This document shows positions 54,191-64,000 of a stretch of DNA of 64,000 nucleotides, piece by piece. Positions within the stretch are counted from its first letter, which is position 1; each line of letters opens with the position of its first letter. The stretch is from NCBI RefSeq assembly GCF_009914755.1, contig NC_060932.1; one strand, given 5' to 3'. A program made the position numbers and the translations under genes. The notes under the pieces are model-generated. The model was not told where the DNA came from, ran no database searches, and worked only from the letters and a program-made list of their open reading frames with translations. The DNA comes from the human T2T-CHM13v2.0 reference genome, Homo sapiens.

Positions 54191-55269
54191 AACATGTTTC
54201 TATAACTTTTCTATCCTTTTACTTATCTTAACCTAGTTCCACTCAAGGGGGCTATAGCCATCCATTTGGATGAGCAACTTGGTTAGGATCATGGCTTTTT
54301 CTCCAAAACACAAACTTTAAACCTATATCAAAGCAACTGGAATTGCTCTTAATTAGTACATAGAACTCTGGCATTACAGATCCTTACCAGAGACTACAAC
54401 CCTAAACTCTTTGCAGTTCAAAACTTGTCAGAAGCCAGACAAGAAGAAACGCTGTTTATGGAATAATTTTTAGCTGAGCAGTTCACTGGGTAACAGATAA
54501 ATCCAAATTTAAGCAGCATTGTTTCATTAAACATTAGAGGGCAATTTAAGAACAAACTTTTATAATCTAGGGTCAGAATGCTAACAAGAACATTGTCCTC
54601 TTTACTAGAGCCTGGAGGAGAAATTTTGCTCATATCTCAGAATCTGGAAACACTGTGCTTCTTTGGAATACTGCTTAGTTTTTCATATTTTGGAAACTTT
54701 AAATCTTGTAAACAACTCTATTTTCTCTCTTCTTTGCCTTTTAGGGAAGTTTTAAGTCAAATTTGCAGGCATATCTCAGGATCATATGGTATGTTAGGTG
54801 TGTCACAATTAGTTTTAGTTTTATTATTGTTCTGTTTATTTTTTCCCTTCAACTTGGCTGCCCCATTTACTTATCTCAGCCTTCTAATTGTACATATACA
54901 ATTCAAAAATTGTATGGAACTTGGTAATTCATACATTAAAAGAAATAAGAATAATTTCTAGTTCTATGAGGCCCACTTAATAATCAAGTCATGTGTTTTT
55001 CTATGTTTCTGGCTCAATATTAAAATGAAGCCTGAATAATCCTAAATTTATATAATTACTATTCTTAGGTAATCCTGTCTATATATCCACTGATTCAGTT
55101 GTGCTTTTATAGGACCTCTAGTGACAATTCCTCAAAATAAAGATTGCTGGAAAGAATCATAACATCAGATATTATTTTGGTTGTGGTTAAAACAAGATTG
55201 ATATAACCTTAGATTCTACTAGGGTAGGTAAAAGGGTTGAGGATTTATTTTGAACATGATATTATAGAT

Positions 55270-55480
55270 AAAGGCTTTGAGGTTGTTTAAATCTGCTCCA
55301 AATCTGATTTCTTCTTACTGTCTGCTTAACTTTGTGACTTACCCTCTCCTTGCACTGCAGTTTTCAATAGGAAATACCTTGCTTAGTTGGTTGGATGATT
55401 AAATGAGATAATACACATAAAACATTTAACATAGAGCCTGGCAGAATAGGTCAACAAATGAGGATTATTACTGCTATTAT
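55270..55480 (+). mobile_element. MIR SINE
   Basis: 'ggatgattaaatgagataatacacataaaacatttaacatagagcctggca'. Confidence 0.75.
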
Positions 55481-55486
55481 TAGTAG

Positions 55487-55832
<346 letters not shown>

Positions 55833-56569
55833 TATTACCATTATTATTATCACAAAACAAATGACATCTGAAAGCAGGGAAAGGACTTCCTCAGAAGGCA
55901 GCAATGCATTTACTCCACTGGTTGTGCAAGTACCTACTAGAAATGTCAAAGTTTTCATGTCAACAAATCAAAGAAGCAGAAGCTCCTGAGGGTGGAAGTT
56001 ATCAAAAGCTTAACTGTATAACAGCATGACTTTAAATAAGCTCTATAACAATTTGCATTTGAACATATCCTTAGAAACCTATCAAGATCAATTAGCTTCA
56101 CAGCGAACCCCCGTAAAACTAAGTGATATAATTGGTTGGACAGAATCATTTAGTTCATCCATCTGGTAACCAAAGCAATTCTGCCAAAAATCATTTTAGT
56201 TTTAGCACACATCATACTGAAATATCCTTCCTAATTATTGGCCATCAACAAATTATTGAACTCCTTCTGGAGAATATTAGAGGAACATGGATATAGGATA
56301 TTTAGTCTGTTTATCAATCTATTTATCTAGCTGTTTATCTATAGTTTTTAGGTAAACGAGAAATTGTGAGTCAGATTTTCAGCTTAGATTATCTATATAT
56401 ATATGTATATATATACATATATATATGAAGTAAAAGATCTAAAATATTGCAGGTCAGCTATGCCACATATAAAAGCATTCTGTCGCTTTATTCTTCTCAA
56501 GGAAAATGTTGTTTCCTGAAGCCTTAACATCAAGTTTTATACTAAAGATTTTTATACTTAATTGATTTT

Positions 56570-56690
56570 GTTCACATTAAGAGCTGAAACTCCCTGTTTT
56601 GTTCACTTCTATATGGCCAGTGCCTAAAATGGGTCTGATACATAGTGAGCACTCTATTTATTGGATTAATAAATGAATAAATAGATATGT
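56570..56690 (+). mobile_element. L2 3' end
   Basis: 'ctgttttgttcac...ccagtgccta...catagtgagcactc...aatgaataaat'. Confidence 0.65.
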
Positions 56691-56739
56691 TAGCTAGAAA
56701 AGCAATAAATAATATTTAAAATCACAGTTTTGAATAATT

Positions 56740-56960
56740 TTTTTAGTATTTTATTTTCATTTTTTTAATTTTTGTAGGTACATAGTAATTGTATATATTT
56801 ATGGAGTACAAGAGGTGTTTGATACAGTATGCAATGTGAAATAATCACCTCATGGAGCATGGGGTATCCATCCCCTCAAGCATTTATTCTTTGTATTACA
56901 AGCAATCCAATTACATTCTTTTAGTAATTTTAAAATGTATAATTAAGTTACTATTTATTA
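56740..56960 (-). mobile_element. L1MA (L1MA2/3-like) 3' end
   Basis: 'ggtacatagta..tgtatatatttatgg...ggggtatccatcccctcaagcattta'. Confidence 0.8.
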
Positions 56961-56972
56961 TAATTTTAATAC

Positions 56973-59261
56973 TTATATGGTTTGGCTGTGTCCCCACCCA
57001 AATCTCATCTTGAATTATAGTTCCCATAATCCCCATGGGTCATGGGAGGGATCCAGTGGGAGATAATTGAATCATGACGGCAGTTTTCCCCATGCTATCC
57101 TCCTGAAAGTAAGTTCTCATCAGATCTGATGGTTTTATAGGACGCTTCCCCCTTCACTCAGCTCTCATTCTTCTCCTTGCAGCCACCATGTGAAGAAGGA
57201 CATGTTTGTTTCCCCTGGGGCCTCTCCATCCTTGCTGAACTGTGAGTCAATTAAACCTCTTTCCTTTATAAATTACCCAGTCTTGAGTATGTATTTATTA
57301 GCAGCATGAGAACAGACTAATGCAGTAAATTGGTACAAGCAGAGATGGGTGCTGCTATTAGAATACTCAAAAATGTGGAACAGTTTGGAGGGCTCAGAAG
57401 AAGACAGGAAAACGTAGGACAGTTTGGAACTTCCTAGAGACTTGGAGGGCTCAGAAGACAGGAAGATGTGGGAAAGTCTGGAACTTCCTAGAGACTTGCT
57501 GAATGGCTTTGACCAAAATACTGATAGTGATATGGACAATGCAGTCCAGCTGAAGTGGTCTCAGATGGAGATGAGGAACTTGTTGGGAACTGGAGCAAAG
57601 GTGACTCTTGTTAGCTTTAGCAAAGGGACTAGTGGCATTTTGCCACTGCCCTAGAGATTTGTGGAACTTTGAACTTGACAGAGATTATTTAAGATATCTG
57701 GCAGAAAAAAAAAATTGTAAGCAGTAAAGCATTCAAGATGAAGCAGAGCATAAAAGTTTGGAAAATATGTGGTCTGATGATGTGATATAAAAGAAAAACC
57801 CATATCTTGGGGAGAAATTCATGCTTGCTGCAGAAATTTGCATAAGTATTGAGGAGCTGAATGTTTTCACTAAGACAATGGGGGAAAATGTCTCCAGGGC
57901 ATGTCAGAAAGCTTCATGGCACCCCCTCCCATCACAGGCCCAGAGAGCTAGGAGGAGAAAATGGTTTAGTGGACCAGGCCCAGGGCCCCCTTACTGTGTG
58001 CAGCCTAGGGACTTGGTGCCCTGTATCCCAGTCACTCCAGCTTTGGCTAAAAGGGGCCAAGATACAGCTAGGGCCGTGGTTTCCCAAGGTGCAAATCCCA
58101 AGCCTTGGCAGCTTCCACATGGTGTTGAGCCTGCAGGTGCATAGAAGTCAAGCACTGAGATTTGGGAACCTCTGCCTAGATTACACAGAATGTATGAAAA
58201 TGCCCGGATGTCCATGGAAGAAGTTTACTGCAGGGGCAGAGCCCTCATGGAGAACCTCTGCTAGGACAGTGCAGAAGGAAAATGTTGGGTCAGAGCCCAC
58301 ACACAGACTCCCCACTGGGGCACTGCCTAGTGGAGCTGCGAGAAGAGGGCTGTGGTCCTTCAGACCACAGAATGGTGGATCCACCAACAGCTTAAACTAT
58401 GCACCTGGGAAAGCCACAGACACTCAATGGCAGCCTGTGAAAGCAGTTGAGAGGGGGCTGTTACTCTGCAAAGCCACAGGGGCAGAGCTGCCCAAGGCTG
58501 TGGGAGCCCACCCTTTGTATCACCATGACCTGGATGTTAGACATGGAGTCAAAGGAGATTATTTAGGAACTTTAAGATTTAATGACTGCCTCACTGTATT
58601 TCAGACTTGCATGGGGCCTTTTGTTTTGGACATTTCTCCCATTTGGAACAGGTGTATTTATACAATGCTTGTACCTCCCTTGTATCTATAAAGTAAGTTG
58701 CTTTTGATATTACAGGCTTATAGGTGGAAGGGACTTGCCTTGTCTCAGACGAGACTTTGGACTTGGACTTTTGGGTTAATGCTGGAATGAGCTAAGACTT
58801 TGGGGGACTGTTGGAAAGGCATGATTGTGTTTTGAAATGTGAGGACATGAGATTTGGAAGGGGCCAGGGGTGGAACGGTATGGTTTGGCTGTGTCCCCAC
58901 CCCAATCTCATCTTGAACTATAGTTCCCATAGTCCCCACATGTGGTGGGAGGGACCCGGTGACAGGTAATTGAATCTTGGGGGCGGATTCCCCCATGCTA
59001 TTCTCATGACAGTGAGTCAGTTCTCACAAGATCTGATGAATTTATAAGGGGCTTCCCCCTTTGCTGAGCTCTCACTCCTCTCCTTGCTCCCAACATATGA
59101 AGAAGGATGTGTTTGCTTCCCCTTCCACCATGATGGTGCATTTCCTGAGGCCTCCCCATCCTTGCTGAATTGTGAGTCAATTAAACCTCTTTCCAGGTTT
59201 CCCTTTAAATTAACTAGTCTCAGGTATATCTTTATTAGCAGCATGGGAATGGACTAATAGA
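56973..59261 (+). mobile_element. Full THE1 (THE1C-like) MaLR: LTR 56973-57324, internal 57325-58875, LTR 58876-59261
   Basis: Two LTRs 'tatggtttggctgtgtccccaccc...gactaat' that share the variant 'ccatccttgctgaa'; internal region starts 'gtaaattggtac'; probable TSD aatac/aataa. Confidence 0.95.
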
Positions 59262-60225
59262 AATAATATGTGATGTGGATCCCTTCTGCGGATAGTTAAA
59301 ACAAAAAAAGAATGTAACATTGTATTACTTATTACTATCTCTTCTAATACTCTGAAAATTTTAAGCAATGATAAAATGCCGTTTTCAGCTGTATCAGTGT
59401 TTCTGCAGTTGCAGGCATCATAACATTGTGATATCTAGAACAAATCTTTATACCTAATAACAAACCTAAATATTCCCTTTTAGGACTTCAAACAATTTTA
59501 TCTTGTAATAAATTATCTTTCTTGTTTCCTCAGATTTAAAATCATGGTCAACTAGACACTTCTCTTTGAATCTGTTTTATTATCTTTATAATAGTTTAAT
59601 AAATTTCTAGATGGTTTTAAAATACCTAGATAAATTTAAGTAATTTTAATGATTTGAATTCATTTTGCAAAACAATTCCCAGCGTGTGACATAAAAGAAA
59701 TATTTAACATATATTTTTTAAAGACATGCTATTAACTCAGCCGAAATGTTCTCAACACACTTCATTATATGCAAAAGCTCCAAATGTCCTGAATAAAAAT
59801 GACTTGCTAATATTCAGTAATATATTATCTCATATTTACATATTTCTTTAATATATTTACATATAACTATCAAATAATTATTCTGGCTATGCTTAGAATT
59901 TTAAATTTTACTTGTCTTTCAGATAATACAAAATAATTTCCAAGGCAATTCTCTGAGTATGTCTTATCTGATTATATGCATACATAGCTGACATTTGGTG
60001 AATATTAATCACATTTTGAAAGAGCAAAAATATATTCTTGTTCATTCTAGGTATTACTGGCTTCTAGATAATTATTGAAAGGAATAATATTTCCTCAAAT
60101 TCACTGCACAAGAAAATATTCAATGTTTCCCTTCCCATTAAGGTGCTAAATATGCTATCATCAGTAACTCTACCATAAGTATCACTGCTTTTACAGATGT
60201 TTCACTTAACTTTTGCTTTAAACAG

Positions 60226-60468
60226 GGATGGCTGCTGCTGGTTGGGAAAGCCCAACCTGGTTCGTTAACAAGGCGATATGATTGGTGGTCTTGGTTTTCT
60301 GGAATGACAACAAACATCCAAGAAATGAATTATGCTGGAATTCCAGGCATTTCAGGTGGTACTTTGACAATATGTACCAATAAGACAAAAAGGATAGAAT
60401 TTGTAGAACTCTCTCCAAGTGTGCATGAGAACCATAAAGCACCACTTAATGTGCCTGTCCTCCCATAA
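60226..60468 (+). other. Candidate spliced exon with an 80-codon open frame (unverified)
   Basis: Branch-like CTTAAC + ttttgcttt + aaacAG acceptor (60224-60225); frame open to TAA at 60466-60468; no recognisable protein family. Confidence 0.25.
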
Positions 60469-60907
60469 TGATAAGCATGAGAGAGGCTTTGAGCCTCTGT
60501 TTATGTCTGAATCTATGGGATTTCCAGTCACCAAATTCTATAAGGTGTTTTTGTTTTCTCCATCACTGTAGACTTTTATGATCCAGTTCTGCCTATAATA
60601 GAGACACTGTTTCATGTAGCAGCAACTCGCAACTTGGTTTTTAAGAGATACATATCTGCACCAAGCTAGATTCACTAGGAAACAAAATTAAAGAGATTTT
60701 TATGAAAAAAAATACTTATATGACAAAATGTAATTCTAACAAGTAAATATAGCATTATCCTTTTAAAAAAAAAATCTCTGGAAAGTAAATCTCTGGAAAA
60801 AAAAGGTGCATCAGTAGCATTCCTGTGATACTGGCTAATAGCAAGATGATTATAGAACTTTCGGGGGGATTTTTAAAAAGCAAATGCCAATAGCTCAAAA
60901 TTGGCCA

Positions 60908-61369
60908 TGAAGCAGGTTCATTGTGCACTGGTTACCAAGGCGTCTAAGTCTCGTGACACCAAACACCCACACGCAAAACAAGTTACATAAGTGAGTTTAT
61001 TGCTTACAGATAGACAGGAAGCGACAACAGAAGCCTAAGGTTCATTGTGAGGCAGTCTCCCAAGGCTCAGAAAAGCTGCCTTGGGTGGCCATGTCTGCAC
61101 ATGCCTCACTTGCACTACAGCAGAGGGACCCTAGAAAGCAGCCTGCCCCGGGTTTTATACCCTGGGAAACACAGGACACTCTGGGATAAAGAAATGAAAA
61201 CATTTTGTTTCTAGAGGACACCGGAACACAGCCCTGACTGTTCTGGCCAGCTTCTCCTTACCTCAGGATGTTACATTCCCAGCACATTCTATAGTGATTG
61301 TTGAGAACTACAAGCAAGAAAGAAGAGAGAACTAGGTGGGACCAAAGCTGCCCACAGAAGTGTACTGCA
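60908..61369 (-). mobile_element. ERVL-type solo LTR (LTR42/LTR47-like)
   Basis: TG...CA ends; reverse AATAAA ('gtttattg') and reverse TATA ('ggttttatac'); flanks gcca/gtca. Confidence 0.7.
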
Positions 61370-62326
61370 GTCAGTGGCGTGTGAATTTTCATTGTTTGCA
61401 TTAGTGATTCCAATGGGACCTAATTCTTTTATAAGAAAATAAAGTTTCCCACCCCAAACTCCTCTGCAAATGGTTATAGTAATTTAATCATCTTCATTAC
61501 TGCCCATAATAACTGCCATTGCAGAATGCTAGTATACCAGCAACAAACCAAAGGAAGACTGTAACATGAGATCATAATTTTCATCATAAATCAATCAGAC
61601 CAACAGAGATTGGAAAGGAATGCAAAGAGTAGTTTTGGAAGATGTTCAAGATCCAATCATAATCAGTAATGGTCTGATTTACTGCATCTCCTGTATGCTT
61701 GCTCTCTCATTTAAGTGACCTATGCTTCCTTTTTAAAGTCAACACTGGAAAGATTCCAAATATAGATGACATTTAACAGGAAGGAAGACATAAACAAAAC
61801 ACAAATGGGTACTTGACATCCTTAATGCCCAAGCACATGGGTCAGGGTTCATTAGGTTATTTAATCCAGTCGTGCAAATTAGGTTATGCAGCATCTGAAA
61901 TAAATCAGACTGAGTGCAAAGAAAATTGAACAATGGCTCTTTAAAAAAAATCTTGCCTTGGTATCTTTTTCTCTTTTGTTGATATGCAAGGAACACTTTC
62001 TATGCTTATGTTGAAGGTGGATTAAATACAAACTTTAATCCTCTTCCTAAATCATTTATACAACACAAAAATAATATGGAAAAGTATTATGTCGTAGCTA
62101 ATGGGTTTATAGAAAAATACAGATGAGATACATGTGAAATGGAATTCTATACTGCCAGAATACACCCAAAAGTAAGAAATATCTATCATAATTATATAAG
62201 AAGGCAATGAACAGATTATACAGCTAGAACTAAATTAGATACACAGGTTAAAAACAAGAATAATCTCACCATATTAAGTTCCTTGCACTAAAATTTCAGA
62301 GAGTCATTAACAAAATATACAGGTAA

Positions 62327-62716
62327 GAAAATGTGGCACATATACACCATGGAATACCATGCAGCCATAAAAAATGATGAGTTCATGTCCTTTGTAGGGA
62401 CATGGATGAAGCTGGAAACCATCCTTCTCAGCAAACTATCGCAAGGACAAAAAACCAAACACCGCATGTTCTCACTCATAGGTGGGAATTGAACAATGAG
62501 AACACATTGAACAATGAGAACACAGGAAGGGGAACATCACACACCAGGGCCTGTTGTGGGGCGGGGGGAGCGGGGAGGGATAGCATTAGGAGATATACCT
62601 GATGTTAAATGACGAGTTACTGGGTGCAGCACACCAACATGGCACATGTATACATATGTAACTAACCTGCACGTTGTACACATGTACCCTAAAACTTAAA
62701 GTATAATAAAAAATAT
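62327..62716 (+). mobile_element. 5'-truncated L1PA4-like 3' end with TSD
   Basis: L1 3'UTR with a short poly(A); TSD 'atatacaggtaa' at 62315-62326 and 62717-62728. Confidence 0.93.
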
Positions 62717-63239
62717 ATATACAGGTAAAAGTTCTAGATTAGGCTTTAGAAATAGATCAACATAGCTTTCAAATATTTTTGAAGTACAACTACTGGAAAG
62801 ATAGATTAGATTTGGTTTAGGTTTTCTCAAAAGGACATGATTTAAGACATGTTACAACTGTGCAAATCTATATTCAATAAAAGAACATTTTAACTATTAG
62901 AACTCCATTCAAGTAGAAATTCTGCCTCATAAATTTAGATGCCTATTTCACAAAGATTCTTGCTGTGGCTAAATGGTCAATGATATTCCTAAGAGTGGCA
63001 TTCACTGGGTGGAAATTTTGCTTGGGTGAACTCTATGGTCACTTCCAATTTTTAGGTCATTAATGTGTAGATTTAGTGCAAACCTTAAGATCAATTAAAG
63101 CCCGTAAGACACAATTCAAAGTCCCATCTTCTGTGAAAACTCAACTTTTCTATATATCACTTAGTATCAGTAATCACTTTAAAATTGAATTCAGATGTAT
63201 TATAAAACATACTCTTATAATTACTTATAATTTTATGCC

Positions 63240-63330
63240 TCAGATAAATCTGAAAACACTGTAAGGACAGAGGTTACTACTTAGTTCATAGCAGGCACTC
63301 AGTAGAACTTATTGAAGGAAAGCTTTGAGG
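63240..63330 (+). mobile_element. L2 3' end
   Basis: 'taaggacagagg...catagcaggcactcagta..acttattgaa'. Confidence 0.5.
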
Positions 63331-64000
63331 GATGAGAGAAGAATTGTCTTTTTTTTTTTTTTTTTACTTCTCAATCTCCTATACCATAACCAATTTTTCT
63401 TTCCTTATTAAAAACAAAACAAACATAAACAAAAAAAGAAATTTCACTCACATAAGGCACAATATTTATTCATGATAGTAGATAGAGAAGAGCCTTTAAA
63501 ATTATCACAGCTATCATTTACCTACTGTCATAACATGATGTGGGGAATATAACAATGAAAAAATTCCTGTGTCAAAGACATGCCTGAAATTTCTTTCTCA
63601 AAGACATACTTGAATACAAGAGAAACAAACTAAAATCTTCTAAGGAGTGATATACTTAGAAAATAAATGTACCTGAGATTCATGAATTTAAGTTGCTCAT
63701 TAAGTGGATTTTTGTGTAATTTTAACTATGAGTCTATGCATTTAAAAGTTAATATATTGTTAATTTCAGGCACATATTACAGATTTGCAGGGTAAAAGAA
63801 AAAAATAGCTCATAAACATCTACAGCCAGGAAACTACCTTTAATTAACTTCCAAATATAATTTTAATACTAATGGTTGTTCAGAAATAATTGTCTTTAGA
63901 TGCTTGACCAATGTAGGATGCATGACTCTAGGTCTAGCCTGTTTAAACTGTTTATTTAAGATATCAAGTGATAAAGTCTCTGTCTGCTTAGCTTGTGAAT

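Noticed and set aside
57383-57497. ~57-bp tandem duplication in the THE1 internal region
   Set aside because: Recalled as a common feature of THE1C/D internal sequences, so not locus-specific.
59151-59163. PRDM9 hotspot motif position in the THE1 LTR
   Set aside because: CCTCCCCATCCTT mismatches CCNCCNTNNCCNC at two fixed positions.

Overview
AT-rich primate genomic DNA, most likely human or ape: it carries AluY, AluSg and L1PA2-like insertions. It is intronic or intergenic and made largely of transposable elements. I recognise no cellular protein-coding gene, RNA gene or prokaryotic system, and the recognisable long ORFs are decayed L1 ORF2, ERVL pol, ERV1 gag or THE1 internal sequence. Main elements: (1) a decayed ERVL provirus with RT, integrase and dUTPase remnants (6714-12351), with an ERV1 LTR and an A/T-only palindromic tract nested in its 5' LTR; (2) a two-LTR MER66/MER50-like ERV1 provirus on the minus strand (46464-50634), with a 4-bp TSD and a tandemly duplicated tRNA-His-like primer-binding site; (3) a full THE1C-like MaLR (56973-59261); (4) many L1s, several 5'-inverted by twin priming. 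The most notable observations are two retrotransposition events that carried extra flanking DNA with its own AATAAA and poly(A). One is a composite insertion of ~390 bp of foreign sequence plus an inverted L1 endonuclease segment, splitting a MIR (18948-20793). The other is an L1PA2-like element with a 70-bp 3' transduction (33727-35124). Also noted: an unexplained gap-free 127-bp duplication (4104 and 5712), a (GGAA)16 microsatellite, a candidate 80-codon terminal exon (60226-60468) and a PBX/HOX motif cluster (61585-61936). Subfamily names come from remembered consensus sequences and are tentative, and boundaries of old repeats are approximate.
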